64,000 nucleotides of DNA from Bdellovibrionales bacterium (GTDB lineage: Bacteria > Bdellovibrionota > Bdellovibrionia > Bdellovibrionales > UBA1609): contig OZ242172.1 of the NCBI GenBank assembly GCA_965205645.1, positions 463,289 through 527,288 on the forward strand, given 5' to 3'. Shown in pieces: positions 1 to 10,545 of this stretch. Positions within the stretch are counted from its first letter, which is position 1; every line of letters begins with the position of its first letter. The notes under the pieces were generated by a model. It was not told the origin of the DNA and ran no database searches. It saw only the letters and a list, made by a program, of their open reading frames with translations. A program made the translations under genes and the position numbers.

Positions 1-2
1 GT

Positions 3-1022
3 ATGCGTGGGTTGTACTCTCCAGCCGATACAACTGGCCAAATGAGTGATATGTTCATTCAACGTTTTAAGCTGACAGGATCATTTCGTCCCAATGAAAT
101 GTTTGAAAGCCACTTTTGGATGATGACTAATCACAAATGGGGTAACACTGAATATGATGACAGTGATGTGCGTATTTATGGTTATGGAGATTGGAAAGTA
201 TTGGACGAAGTGATGGTGCGCTTAGGTCGGGCACCTCTGCAAATTACAGATGGGTCCTCTATGGGGGTTAATGACTATGAAAATTACCCTTATATATGGA
301 ATGGTGTTTTTGTTACTTATAACACAGAAAGTGTGATTCTAGATGTGTGGGGGGCGTACTTGCCAAAAGTATGGAGTGGCCAAACAGAAGTTCGTAAATA
401 TGAAAGATCTGTTGGTATGTCTGTAAATGTACGTGCTTTACCAGACTTTTTTAAAACAGTTAACCTGTTCGCAGTACATACCGTCGGTTCTGAAGATGTA
501 AATACTCATATGCGAGTTGGGTTATCTTTAGGGGGTAATCACTCTATGGTAGATTACAAATTCAGCGGTGCTGTACATGGTCAGGAATTCAGTAGCATGA
601 ATCAGCATTTGATGGATTTCCAATTGGGGTATACAGTATCAAATGTTCACTTTTACATAAATCACCATCGTGAGTCCGATCAATTTGATCCTTATTACTA
701 CACTCGTCACGCTAGTGCGGGTTTGATAGACATTGCTACTTGGGGTAATGGTACCGGGTATAGCACAATGGGTGTAGATTATACGCCTATGGATGATTTT
801 GAAATGGGTGTTGCTGCTTTGTATTTTTATTCCGTTGGTCAATTTGGTCAATGGCATAAGCCAGGCTACAATGTTGGAAAAGAAAAAGTATGGGAAGTAG
901 ATGTTCACTTGAGGAAAACTTATGCTGGTGGTTTTGCTATTGAGCTATACGCCGGCGCGTTTGATGCTATGGGAGATTCTTCTCACTTGCAAGTTCAAAT
1001 GAATACATCATTTGATTTCTAA
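3..1022 (+). CDS. Outer-membrane beta-barrel protein, alginate-export-like (5' end probably outside window)
   Basis: Alternating amphipathic beta-strand pattern, 'RLGR' motif, C-terminal aromatic signature (..TSFDF). Confidence 0.6.
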   Translation: MRGLYSPADTTGQMSDMFIQRFKLTGSFRPNEMFESHFWMMTNHKWGNTEYDDSDVRIYGYGDWKVLDEVMVRLGRAPLQITDGSSMGVNDYENYPYIWNGVFVTYNTESVILDVWGAYLPKVWSGQTEVRKYERSVGMSVNVRALPDFFKTVNLFAVHTVGSEDVNTHMRVGLSLGGNHSMVDYKFSGAVHGQEFSSMNQHLMDFQLGYTVSNVHFYINHHRESDQFDPYYYTRHASAGLIDIATWGNGTGYSTMGVDYTPMDDFEMGVAALYFYSVGQFGQWHKPGYNVGKEKVWEVDVHLRKTYAGGFAIELYAGAFDAMGDSSHLQVQMNTSFDF

Positions 1023-1025
1023 ATA

Positions 1026-1553
1026 ATGATATTATATTTACTGAATAAAAAGGCTAACCATAACAGGTTGGCCTTTTTTATTTCCTTTTTATTAAGCTTT
1101 TCTGCACTTGCGATGAAAAAAAGATCCTTTACAGTTAAAGAAGAAATGAAAAAGCCACTAGTTTCTTTGATGGATCTATCTGTTAATTTGCATCGAGCGG
1201 TTTATGATCAAAATGCGGAACAAATGGATCTAATTATCTTAAAAATGATCCAGCAAACTACCCAACTAAAACAAAATGCTAACACTGTGTTACCTTATCA
1301 CGAGCAGTCGTATTTGAATAAACTACTGCGAAGCTTACAATTTAATTTAGAAGCGTTTAGAAAATCCAATCGATATAAAAAGAACTATATCAACAGTATC
1401 AATCGAAAATTAACTTATATCGCTCATATTTATGGTTTAAAAAAATATACTGTGTTCTTTTGCTCAAAAGATAGAAGCGTATGGATGCAAACTAATAGAA
1501 GTAAACCACTTCATTTAAGCCACACTTCCTGCGGGATTCCAGTGAGTAGGTAA
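1026..1553 (+). CDS. Hypothetical exported helical protein (DUF3347-like C-terminal 'FFC..W' motif)
   Basis: Signal-peptide-like LAFFISFLLSFSALA; C-terminal VFFCSKDRSVWMQ...SCG. Confidence 0.45.
   Translation: MILYLLNKKANHNRLAFFISFLLSFSALAMKKRSFTVKEEMKKPLVSLMDLSVNLHRAVYDQNAEQMDLIILKMIQQTTQLKQNANTVLPYHEQSYLNKLLRSLQFNLEAFRKSNRYKKNYINSINRKLTYIAHIYGLKKYTVFFCSKDRSVWMQTNRSKPLHLSHTSCGIPVSR
1047..1079 (+). terminator. Rho-independent terminator
   Basis: aaaaa-ggctaacc-ataaca-ggttggcc-tttttt hairpin plus U-tract, about 25 nt after the stop of the barrel gene. Confidence 0.65.
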
Positions 1554-1558
1554 ACAGA

Positions 1559-2170
1559 GTGGTTCAATGGTTATTATCTCTTCCTAAAAAAGTGTTAGTT
1601 GTTTTGGTGTTAACTACAGCCATTGTATTCATTGTTGCTCAAGATCCACCACATACTCTCTGCCGTACACAAATAGAAAATTTTAAACTTCGACAAAAAG
1701 GGAAAATTTATAAAAACCCTAATATTAAGACTAGAAAAAAACCACTTATGGAAATTGTAATTATGAAATGTAGAGAAGGTAATTCTCCTGGTAATTGCTA
1801 CGAGTTGTTTTCAAAAACGAAAGATTTTATTCGTGATTTTAAAACAGTATCACTCTCTTGTCGTGATTCTCTTTCTTCCTTAAGTAAGGTGCGTTCCACT
1901 CTCTTTGAAATCTATCGTTTGATGATTCAACTTGCTTGGGGAGATGGTTCCTCCAAAAAAGATCATTATGACAAGATGAATTGGCTGTCATCTGCTGATG
2001 TATCTCTTTTTTGTGCAGTTAAGGAAAATATTGTGACTTTTTATGGTCCAGCCACTTTGTTAAATTTAGAAAGAAAAGTATTTAAGAAGTTACCCGGCAC
2101 AAAAAGAATGAGTGAAAATCGTATTCGTGAACTGGCCCTTGTATCTCAAGATTGTGCCATTTATCTATAG
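1559..2170 (+). CDS. Hypothetical membrane-anchored Cys-containing protein
   Basis: 203-aa ORF, N-terminal TM helix, 6 Cys. Confidence 0.6.
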   Translation: MVQWLLSLPKKVLVVLVLTTAIVFIVAQDPPHTLCRTQIENFKLRQKGKIYKNPNIKTRKKPLMEIVIMKCREGNSPGNCYELFSKTKDFIRDFKTVSLSCRDSLSSLSKVRSTLFEIYRLMIQLAWGDGSSKKDHYDKMNWLSSADVSLFCAVKENIVTFYGPATLLNLERKVFKKLPGTKRMSENRIRELALVSQDCAIYL

Positions 2171-2417
2171 CTGGTTATTTTTATATTCAAACATTCATTA
2201 TGTGAAACACATATCAATTATTACTGTTTGTTTATCTACTATTCATTGTCTCTATATCTTGTTTAAAGAAATCAACTGTTATTAAAGAAAATAGTTAGTA
2301 TAAAAATGGAATAAGTATGGAGCAAAGTGGGATATTTATAAGGATAAATGAGGTTTTTTATATTTTTTCCTGCCTTAGTATATTGCATTTATTTTTTATT
2401 ATAAAAAGGAGGATGAT

Positions 2418-2603
2418 ATGAAAAATGCAATTTTAATAGAAGGATTAAAAGAGTTTGGTCTCAATCCTAATAATTGGAAGATTCTTTATCCGGTTCAGCA
2501 AAAAAATATATGGCTGGTCATGCATAAAAAATATCCAAATTGTTATTTAAAAGGGATGACGTATATGAGTGGCCGATGGAGAACTTTAGAATGGTTGAGT
2601 TAG
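2418..2603 (+). CDS. Small hypothetical protein
   Basis: Strong SD (aggagg) before ATG; 61 aa. Confidence 0.6.
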   Translation: MKNAILIEGLKEFGLNPNNWKILYPVQQKNIWLVMHKKYPNCYLKGMTYMSGRWRTLEWLS

Positions 2604-2625
2604 TCAGATTCTAGATAGAAATACT

Positions 2626-2880
2626 TTAATCAATATCAAAAGGTACAGCAGATATTTGCTCAGGGAAGTTAAAATCATCATACGCTGTGGCACTAGATGG
2701 AAGAAGCGATAAATTACGGGCTTTTTTAATTGCATTCCTCACTTGTCTTTGCTGAGCGTGGCTTAAGCCTGTGATACGCGCTGGACTAATTTTCCCTCCT
2801 TCTGTGATGAACGGGTATAATGTAGAAGGAGATTTATAATCTATTTTAATGTCGCGTTTACGGCTATCTTTTCTTATCAC
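2626..2880 (-). CDS. rpsR: 30S ribosomal protein S18 (no Zn-ribbon cysteines)
   Basis: IDYK...[35 protein letters not shown]. Confidence 0.95.
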   Translation of the reverse strand: MIRKDSRKRDIKIDYKSPSTLYPFITEGGKISPARITGLSHAQQRQVRNAIKKARNLSLLPSSATAYDDFNFPEQISAVPFDID

Positions 2881-3066
2881 TTAAATAATCCTCAGTATTT
2901 CTTAACTTTTAACTAATTTTTATTTTACTTTAAAAATCGTGTTTTATCAATTAACACCTTTTAATACAATAGTTTATTGCAAAAATGATTTTTTTGTGTA
3001 AGATTTGTGGGTCTGCTGGAAAACCCAGGCCAATAAAATAATTTGTATATACAGGAGTGGGACATT

Positions 3067-3375
3067 ATGCCTCTTTGTGAATTAAGTGGTAAAAGGTCAG
3101 TGGTTAAAAACAAGGTAAGTCACTCTAATATAAAAACCAAATCACGGACTCTTCCTAACGTGCAAGTTAAAAAATTTTATAGTTCCTGTTTAAAAAAATC
3201 TTTTCGGTTAAAAGTAGCTACAGCAGTTATTCGTTCCATAGATAAATGTGGCGGCATTGATATATTTTTAATCCGTAGATCTGATAATCAATTATCTTCT
3301 TTTGCTTTGAAATTAAAAAAGCAACTGAGAAAAAAACACAGATCTTCTAAACCGACTACTAAGGATGTTTCATGA
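3067..3375 (+). CDS. rpmB: 50S ribosomal protein L28
   Basis: CELSGK...NKVSHSNIKTK..LPNVQ...IRSIDKCGGID; SD aggag upstream of ATG 3067. Confidence 0.95.
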   Translation: MPLCELSGKRSVVKNKVSHSNIKTKSRTLPNVQVKKFYSSCLKKSFRLKVATAVIRSIDKCGGIDIFLIRRSDNQLSSFALKLKKQLRKKHRSSKPTTKDVS

Positions 3376-3575
3376 AACTAAAAGTGAAAAAAGGAAGTGA
3401 AGCGATTGTTATTGCAGGCGCTGATAAAGGAAAAAAAGGAAAAGTGTTGAGTATTAATCATAATACTCTTAAAGTTCGTCTAGCGGGAGTGCGTATTCAG
3501 ACTCATTTTGATAAAAAAGAAGGTATACAAAAAAAAGAAGGTTGGATAGACTATTCTAATATTAAACCTGTCTAA
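3372..3575 (+). CDS. rplX: Short KOW-domain L24-type ribosomal protein (67 aa)
   Basis: KVKKG...VIAGADKGKKGKV...V...GV...KEGWIDYSNI matches the L24 N-terminal two-thirds; ATGA overlap with rpmB. Confidence 0.8.
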   Translation: MKLKVKKGSEAIVIAGADKGKKGKVLSINHNTLKVRLAGVRIQTHFDKKEGIQKKEGWIDYSNIKPV

Positions 3576-3617
3576 ATCATTAAAGATCTGTAAAAAAATA
3601 TTTGCAGAGTTTAAAAG

Positions 3618-3938
3618 ATGCACTTACTAAAAATCTTTTTACTAGATATTATTTTAAAGCTATTTATTGTATTGCTTATAAGGACTGTTGCTGCATTTTC
3701 TGTGTTGTCGATGCTTTCTATACCATGTGCTGTAGCTGCTATTGAAACTAAATGGGTGCATTTATATGGCACTGAAAACGCCAACTACCCAATGGAAACA
3801 AACACTCAACCAATCAATATTTTAACTGTACAAGATAACTTTCCTCAATACCGAGTATATTTTTCAGAGAAAAAAATTCAAAAAGAAGTGTATGAGGAGT
3901 TTTTAAAAGAAAAAGAAACTAAAAACATCAAAAAATAA
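3618..3938 (+). CDS. Hypothetical protein
   Basis: 106-aa ORF with hydrophobic N-terminus. Confidence 0.4.
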   Translation: MHLLKIFLLDIILKLFIVLLIRTVAAFSVLSMLSIPCAVAAIETKWVHLYGTENANYPMETNTQPINILTVQDNFPQYRVYFSEKKIQKEVYEEFLKEKETKNIKK

Positions 3939-3941
3939 TTA

Positions 3942-4286
3942 TTAGATTTTATAAATCACTAACCATACTGCACAAAATCCGCTAATGAGTGTTAATACCC
4001 ATAAACGCTTCTTAAGAATATTCCGGGTAATAAATATAGGGATAAAAACACTAAGCAATATCCAAATTCCTATTTTTCCAATAATCCATAACGAAGTCAT
4101 TTGTACACCTAGGCGGGCAATAAGCCCAAAGCCAGTAACAAATAAAATAAATCCAGCCAGTCCATGTAAAATCATTAACTTTCTTTTTTGTTTTCTATTA
4201 TTAAAATTAGCTAGTAAGCCTCCTAGAGCCAGGAACAAAGATAAAATAGCTACTAAATGAAAAAAATGATAAAATTCATAACTCAT
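3942..4286 (-). CDS. Small 4-TM membrane protein (SirB2-like)
   Basis: MSYEFYHFFH...ILHG...TGFGL...WIIGKIGIW; four hydrophobic helices. Confidence 0.6.
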   Translation of the reverse strand: MSYEFYHFFHLVAILSLFLALGGLLANFNNRKQKRKLMILHGLAGFILFVTGFGLIARLGVQMTSLWIIGKIGIWILLSVFIPIFITRNILKKRLWVLTLISGFCAVWLVIYKI

Positions 4287-4432
4287 TGTCTAAGTTAAAT
4301 AACAAATTATCTATATAGTTGTCAGTAAAATTTTTCTTTTTGTGTGTAAAATTACCTAACTGGTATAAGTTTCATCAAAATATTGGGTTCAAGTGAGATG
4401 TCTAATTTCATCTAAGATTTACTGATATCTAT

Positions 4433-5101
4433 CTACTCTGGAGGAGTATGTAGGTAACGTGTTTCATTTATATAATATGGACCTGGATGTTTTGCTGGAT
4501 CACCTTTCCAAATACCACCAAACCAAGAACCATCTAGCCACTCACCAGCTTCCCAAATACCGGCCCACCAATTACCATCTTTCCAGGTTCCATTTTTCCA
4601 AGTACCACCATGCCAGTAACCACCCTTCCAAGTACCATTATGCCAAATTCCATTTTCCCAAACGCTATACCTTTGTGCCTCCCAAGTGCCATTCAGCCAC
4701 TCGCCGTTCTTCCATTTGCCGGTGAGCCAAGTGCCATTATGCCAGGTACCACTTTCCCAAATATCACCATCCCAAGTACCATTCAGCCACTCGCCACTTA
4801 ACCATATAACTTTGTCATATAGATCATCAATACGTACTTTAGCGTTTTTTGTTTCTGCTTCAAATAACCATGAAAATGTCTCTACCAAATGACTACAAAT
4901 AGGGTTAGATTTTATTGTAGCAATTTCACCTTCAGCACATACTTTTCCTGAAAGGATTTTTGATCCTCCACTGGTTACTCCAGTTTTAGAAGGTGTTTTA
5001 TCTTTGCAGCCAATAAGAAAAAAGAAGCTGACAAAACAAAGAACATTAACAAATTTGCGAATCATGATAACTCCACTAAATATTGTCTCCATTAATATCA
5101 T
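4433..5101 (-). CDS. Lipoprotein with about 20 WxxGx pentapeptide repeats
   Basis: Lipobox LIGC; run of WLSGE-WLNGT-WDGDI-WESGT-WHNGT... Confidence 0.8.
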   Translation of the reverse strand: MILMETIFSGVIMIRKFVNVLCFVSFFFLIGCKDKTPSKTGVTSGGSKILSGKVCAEGEIATIKSNPICSHLVETFSWLFEAETKNAKVRIDDLYDKVIWLSGEWLNGTWDGDIWESGTWHNGTWLTGKWKNGEWLNGTWEAQRYSVWENGIWHNGTWKGGYWHGGTWKNGTWKDGNWWAGIWEAGEWLDGSWFGGIWKGDPAKHPGPYYINETRYLHTPPE

Positions 5102-5273
5102 TTAAAGGGTAAAAGTGTCATTTTATTATTGAAAGTCTAAAAATTTCCCCTCCATAAAACCCTGGTAAACTTAGTGGAAACCTAGTATTTTAATCATTTA
5201 TCAGTTGTGTTTTTGATTTTTTTGCATTATTTCATCAGAATATAAATATTTCTAACTACACATAGGAACTAAA

Positions 5274-7319
5274 ATGGATATTTTGAGTCTTTTTGATATC
5301 AGTATTATTACACCTGTCGCAGGTGTTATTGGCCTAGTATTAGCTCTATCAATGTACCGATTAATTTTAGTGCAACCAGCTGGGACTGATAAAATGCAGG
5401 CTATCGCCAGGGAAATTGAAACAGGTGCGATGACTTTTTTAAAGTCAGAATATTCTAAGTTGCTAATTTTCGTTATTGTGTGTGTCGCTGCATTGTTTTT
5501 TACAATTGGGTGGCAGACAGCTATTGCTTTTATTTTTGGTTCTTGCTCATCCGGTTGTGCTGGGTTTATTGGCATGAAAGCCGCTACGAAAAGCAATGTT
5601 AGAACGGCCGCCGCTGCAAAACAAAAAGGTTTATCTGATGCTTTGTTTTCTGCTTTTAACGGGGGAGCAGTGATGGGACTATCCGTTGCCAGTTTAGGGT
5701 TAATAGGGATTGGCATAATTTATTATTTGTTTTCTGCGACAGAAGGACAAAATTTAGCATCTATTGTATCCGGCTTTTCTATGGGAGCTTCCTCTATTGC
5801 GTTTTTTGCGCGTATTGGTGGCGGTATATTTACTAAAGCTGCTGATGTCGGAGCGGATTTAGTAGGTAAAATAGAAGTAGGTATTCCAGAAGATGATCCA
5901 CGTAATCCAGGCGTCATTGCGGATAATGTTGGCGACAATGTAGGAGATGTAGCAGGTATGGGAGCTGATATTTTTGAATCCTATGTGGGAGCAATGGTGG
6001 CTTCCCTGGTGATTGCTTTAACAATGACTTCAGATGTAGTGACAGAATATTTTGGCCCCCACCTCTCTCAAAATATTTTAGTCATTTTGCCTATGTTACT
6101 TTGTATCATCGGACTATTTTCTTCCATCATTGGTATATTTAGTATGGGAATACTAAAAAATAAATCTCCTGCGACAGCTCTCCTTCTGTCTCAATTAATT
6201 TCCGGATTATTGTTCATTGCTATTATGGGAGTGGTATTAGTGTCTGTGGAAAAAGGTTGGCATTTATTTTTAGCTGTTTTTATTGGTCAAGTCGTCGGCT
6301 TGCTCATTGGTAAAGTTACCGAGTATTATACTTCTGCAGCTCCTGTTCGTCAGGTGGCTGAAGCTTCCAAAACAGGTCCAGCGACTAATATTATTTCTGG
6401 TTTTGCTGTCGGTTTAGAATCCGCTAGCATACCACTTATTTTAATTGCAGTAGCTATCCAAACATCCTATATGGCGGCAGGTTTATATGGTATCGCTATC
6501 GCTGCTGTTGGAATGCTGGCCACAGTGGGTATCACAATGACGATTGATGCTTATGGGCCTATAGCGGATAATGCGGGAGGCATTGCTGAAATGTCTGGTT
6601 TAGGTCCAAAGGTGAGAAAAATAACAGATGAATTAGATTCCCTAGGAAACACCACAGCTGCAATTGGTAAAGGCTTTGCTATCGGTTCTGCTGCGCTTAC
6701 TGCACTTGCTTTATTTGTCGCTTTTAAAGAAACAGTTCGTGCTGCCTCTCATCAAGAGATGACGATGAGTTTAAGTAACCCTCAAGTGGTTATGGGTTTA
6801 TTTTTAGGTGCGGCCATCGTAGTGATTGTCGCTAGTTTAACTTTGAAGTCAGTCGGAAAAACTGCTGCTTGTATGGTCGCTGAGATTCGTCGGCAGTTTA
6901 AAGAAATTCCAGGCTTACTCAAAGGGGAAAGTGCGCCGGATACCAAAAAATGTGTCAATATGGCCACAAACGCTGCTTTAAAAGAAATGATTTTACCAGG
7001 GGTTATTGTTGTTATAGCTCCTATTATTATAGGATTTGGTATTGGAGCAGAAGCTTTAAGTGGCACTTTGGCTGGAGCTTTATTAACGGGTGTCATTATT
7101 GCTTTGGTTTTAGCAAATTCAGGGGGTGCATGGGATAATGCTAAAAAATTTATTGAGAAGGGCAGTTTAGCGGGAGCGGCTAAAGGAGACGCCATTCATG
7201 CTGCTTCTGTCATTGGAGATACTGTGGGAGATCCCTTTAAAGACACCACTGGTCCAGCAATGAATATTCTAATTAAACTTATTTCTATCGTTGCCTTAAT
7301 TATCGCGCCTCTCCTGTAG
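5274..7319 (+). CDS. hppA: Membrane-bound pyrophosphatase, K+-dependent, probably Na+-translocating
   Basis: [42 protein letters not shown] (Ala = K+-dependent type), [16 protein letters not shown]. Confidence 0.95.
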   Translation: MDILSLFDISIITPVAGVIGLVLALSMYRLILVQPAGTDKMQAIAREIETGAMTFLKSEYSKLLIFVIVCVAALFFTIGWQTAIAFIFGSCSSGCAGFIGMKAATKSNVRTAAAAKQKGLSDALFSAFNGGAVMGLSVASLGLIGIGIIYYLFSATEGQNLASIVSGFSMGASSIAFFARIGGGIFTKAADVGADLVGKIEVGIPEDDPRNPGVIADNVGDNVGDVAGMGADIFESYVGAMVASLVIALTMTSDVVTEYFGPHLSQNILVILPMLLCIIGLFSSIIGIFSMGILKNKSPATALLLSQLISGLLFIAIMGVVLVSVEKGWHLFLAVFIGQVVGLLIGKVTEYYTSAAPVRQVAEASKTGPATNIISGFAVGLESASIPLILIAVAIQTSYMAAGLYGIAIAAVGMLATVGITMTIDAYGPIADNAGGIAEMSGLGPKVRKITDELDSLGNTTAAIGKGFAIGSAALTALALFVAFKETVRAASHQEMTMSLSNPQVVMGLFLGAAIVVIVASLTLKSVGKTAACMVAEIRRQFKEIPGLLKGESAPDTKKCVNMATNAALKEMILPGVIVVIAPIIIGFGIGAEALSGTLAGALLTGVIIALVLANSGGAWDNAKKFIEKGSLAGAAKGDAIHAASVIGDTVGDPFKDTTGPAMNILIKLISIVALIIAPLL

Positions 7320-7331
7320 CCGCAAAATTAT

Positions 7332-8630
7332 TTGAATGGGGAGCTTGTGCGTAAAGAGCCATTTTATCACTTAGGCGCATTGTCAGTTATTTTCTGCATT
7401 GTTTTTATAGAATTTGCCTGTTTAGGAATGATCATTCCACTAAGCCCATATCTAGCTAGAGACTTTGGAGCAGATGACCTGCAAGTGGGTTTATTGATGA
7501 GTGTTTACTCTTTAGCGCAGTTAGTGTGTGCTCCTGTATGGGGATATGTCAGCGATCTTTTTGGGAGAAAGCTAGTCATTTTAATATGTGTGTTTGGTAC
7601 TTGTTTATTTTATTTATGGTTCGCTTTTTCAGAATCTTTGGAAGTGTTATTTTTCACTCGTGTGCTCAGTGGTGTTTTTGGTGCTGTTATGTCGCTGTCT
7701 ATGGCATGCATCGCTGATAAAACAGGGCGGAGAGATCGATCAAAAAATATGGGCTTGGTAGGAGCTGCTATTGGTTTAGGCTTTGTTATTGGTCCTCTTC
7801 TAGGAGGAATGTTTGGTGCTTTAGGACGCATATTAGGCAGCCACCCTCCTTTTGGGTCTAGCTTTTCAGCCTTTGGTGCTTTCCTACTCTGCTTGATCAA
7901 CGGATTATTAGTGATTTTCTTTTTAAAAGAGGATTTTCAGGATACCGCTGATAATTCTAAAATAAAATCTGTTTGGTTATTTGCAAAAAATATTTTTTTA
8001 AACTTTAAAAACAAACATCAAATGAAAATTAAACAGTTAATCATTGCGATCCGTACACCTGTTTTGAAACATGTGTTGTTAATGTATTTTTTACTGACAG
8101 TCGCTCTGGCTGGCATTGAAATGTCTCTTTTTCTGTATATTAAAGATAAATTTGCCTGGTCACATTTTTCTGCCAGCTTGGGATTTGCTTATATCGGTTG
8201 TATGATGGCTTTTACTCAAGGTTTTTTAGTGCGTAAATGGATTCCAATTTTTGGAGAGAAAAATGTTTTACTGTGGAGTTTGTGGATAGCCGGCATTGGA
8301 TTTGCTGGCATAGGTTTTTCCTCATGGGTTTCTATTTTAGCGATTAGTATTACACTGCTATGTATCGGTTATGGCTTATCCAGCACTAGCTTATCAGGAG
8401 CTGTGAGCCTTCTTACTGGCCAGCACACTCAGGGTAGTGTATTAGGCGTTCATCAAAGTGTATTTGCCTTAGCGCGAATTATAGGCCCTATTCTCGGCGG
8501 TTGGCTTTATCGGGATTTTAGTCATTCATCGCCCTTTTATCTATCCGGTTTATTAGTTATGATGGCTTGGGCTGTGGGATGGAGTGTAAAAAGATATTAT
8601 CCAGAAGCAGGAAAAACATCATTGCACTGA
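7332..8630 (+). CDS. MFS transporter, TetA/DHA1-like
   Basis: GYVSDLFGRK motif A; GxxIGPLLGG motif C; about 12 TM. Confidence 0.9.
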   Translation: MNGELVRKEPFYHLGALSVIFCIVFIEFACLGMIIPLSPYLARDFGADDLQVGLLMSVYSLAQLVCAPVWGYVSDLFGRKLVILICVFGTCLFYLWFAFSESLEVLFFTRVLSGVFGAVMSLSMACIADKTGRRDRSKNMGLVGAAIGLGFVIGPLLGGMFGALGRILGSHPPFGSSFSAFGAFLLCLINGLLVIFFLKEDFQDTADNSKIKSVWLFAKNIFLNFKNKHQMKIKQLIIAIRTPVLKHVLLMYFLLTVALAGIEMSLFLYIKDKFAWSHFSASLGFAYIGCMMAFTQGFLVRKWIPIFGEKNVLLWSLWIAGIGFAGIGFSSWVSILAISITLLCIGYGLSSTSLSGAVSLLTGQHTQGSVLGVHQSVFALARIIGPILGGWLYRDFSHSSPFYLSGLLVMMAWAVGWSVKRYYPEAGKTSLH

Positions 8631-8657
8631 TTCTTACTTAAGAGGAATACCAATTAA

Positions 8658-9815
8658 ATGAGAGCTTGTTTAGAGATAGATCTGAAAAGTTTTTCTGATA
8701 ATGTCAAAGCTTTATATCAATATAACCACCTGGAAAAAAGTTTTTTTTGTCCGATTATTAAGGCGAATGGTTATGGTCATGGAGCTGTCACACTTGCACG
8801 CACAATCAAAAGTGCAGGAATTAATCGGATAGGAGTGGTTTCATTTGAAGAAGCGTTACAGTTGAAAGAACTTGCTAATGATATGGAAGTTTATATTTTT
8901 GGCCCTTGCAGCGAAGATCAAATACAATTATTTAATACATATCATTTTATTCCAGTCATAGGGCAATGGGATCATTTAAAATCTTTAGCTAAATTAAAAC
9001 AAACTGTTGTTTTTCATTTAAAGTTTAATACAGGAATGAATCGTTTTGGCTTTCACCCCTCTGAAAAAGAAGCAGTTGTGGATTACATTAAAAAATATCC
9101 AACATTGAAGTTAACTGGTTTGGCTTCTCATTTAAATGAAGGAGAACAGGCAGTTTCGGATAAAGAAAATGTATGGGCAGTTCAGCAAATTAAGGTGTTT
9201 AAAAAATTAGTTCAATTTTTTAAACAATCCTTCTCTCATCAAGTGTTGCATACTCATTTGCTAGCTAGTGCTGGTTGGTTATCTTATTGGAGTCATGGTA
9301 AACAAGATATATCTTTAGGATGCAGGCCAGGGATATGTTTATACGGAATAAAACCGCCATTACCTTTTTTTTCTGAATCTGCTGAACAAAAATATCATTC
9401 TATTATTTTAAAACCAGTTTCTTGTTTGAAATCTTTTGTTGTGGAATCTCATCATTTGCCGGCGGGTCAACCTGTGTCTTATGGAAATCAATACATTACA
9501 AATAGAAAATCTGTAGTGGCCATTGTTTCTATGGGGTATGCAGATGGTTTACCTTATCGTCTATTTCATAAGGGTGAGGTGCTATTTCGAGGAGTGAGAT
9601 CTTCCATTGTAGGTCCTATTTGTATGGATTTTTTTATGGTAGATGTGACAAGTGCTGCTAAAAATGGCGCGATACAAAAAGGAGAGGAAGTAATTATTTT
9701 CGGGCGTCAGCACGATCAATGGATGACTGTTGAAGAACAGGCAAAAAAAGCAGACTCTATTCCTAAAGAGTTTTTTACTCAATTAGGTGATAGAGTCCAA
9801 AGAATATATAAGTAA
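8658..9815 (+). CDS. alr: Alanine racemase
   Basis: IIKANGYGHG PLP-Lys motif, HLKFNTGMNRFG, RPGICLYG, VSYG, GYADG, ICMD. Confidence 0.95.
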   Translation: MRACLEIDLKSFSDNVKALYQYNHLEKSFFCPIIKANGYGHGAVTLARTIKSAGINRIGVVSFEEALQLKELANDMEVYIFGPCSEDQIQLFNTYHFIPVIGQWDHLKSLAKLKQTVVFHLKFNTGMNRFGFHPSEKEAVVDYIKKYPTLKLTGLASHLNEGEQAVSDKENVWAVQQIKVFKKLVQFFKQSFSHQVLHTHLLASAGWLSYWSHGKQDISLGCRPGICLYGIKPPLPFFSESAEQKYHSIILKPVSCLKSFVVESHHLPAGQPVSYGNQYITNRKSVVAIVSMGYADGLPYRLFHKGEVLFRGVRSSIVGPICMDFFMVDVTSAAKNGAIQKGEEVIIFGRQHDQWMTVEEQAKKADSIPKEFFTQLGDRVQRIYK

Positions 9816-9828
9816 GCAGCTGATTTTT

Positions 9829-10320
9829 TTAATGATCCGCTCTAGTTAGTTTAGATAATAAGCTATCTTTTTTTGCTTCTTCAATGGTAATTTTGTGTCC
9901 TTTGCTAGTTGTTTGCTTAGGTAACAATAATTCTAATACACCATTTTTAAAATTAGCTTCAATCGCATTCGTTTTAACCGGCACCGGTAGCTTAAATGAT
10001 CTATGGAATTGTCCACAGTGTTTTTCATAAAATTGTGTTTTGCTAGATAGCTTGCTTTTATATTCATCTTTTTTCTCGCCAGAGATATGTAGAGTGTTAT
10101 GATCATATTCAATGTTGATGTTTTCTTTTTTTACACCTGGTATATCCAAGCTGAAAAAATAATGCGTGTCTGTTTCATGAAAATCACAGGCTGGAAAAAA
10201 ACTAGCGTCTTTTCTAGCTAAAGTCGATCGATCCCATGGAGATTCCAAAAACCGATCTAGTGAATTAGATAGATCATCCAACCAATTCCATGGTTTATTT
10301 TTGTGTAAAATAATATTCAT
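9829..10320 (-). CDS. Small heat shock protein (Hsp20)
   Basis: DIPGVKKENI...GEKK...FHRSFKLP...ANFKNGVLELLLPK. Confidence 0.93.
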   Translation of the reverse strand: MNIILHKNKPWNWLDDLSNSLDRFLESPWDRSTLARKDASFFPACDFHETDTHYFFSLDIPGVKKENINIEYDHNTLHISGEKKDEYKSKLSSKTQFYEKHCGQFHRSFKLPVPVKTNAIEANFKNGVLELLLPKQTTSKGHKITIEEAKKDSLLSKLTRADH

Positions 10321-10545
10321 ATTAGCACCTCCTATTTTAGTTATCTTTAATAAGACATTATATAAACAATTTAGCTTTTACAGATAATCTGAGTTTAAAA
10401 TTTTATTTGTCAACTATGATTTTTGAACTCTAACAGGGCTGAAATGTATTAATTATTTATTCACTGATTGAAATTAGTATTTTTTATGTCAAGGAATTAT
10501 TTATATGTCTATTCACCATGCTATCAACAGAATATATTCTTTAGT

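Noticed and set aside
2305-2335. TGG repeats at about 10-bp spacing as MraZ boxes
   Set aside because: Only three loose copies with uneven spacing and no mraZ/dcw genes nearby.
4459-4892. Three + strand ORFs with Pro/Ser/His periodicity
   Set aside because: Antisense shadows of the WxxGx repeat gene.
5252-7195. Antisense and alternate-frame ORFs within hppA (likewise within MFS, purH, feoB, mscS, rdgB, mltG and others)
   Set aside because: Shadows of well-supported genes with no motifs of their own.
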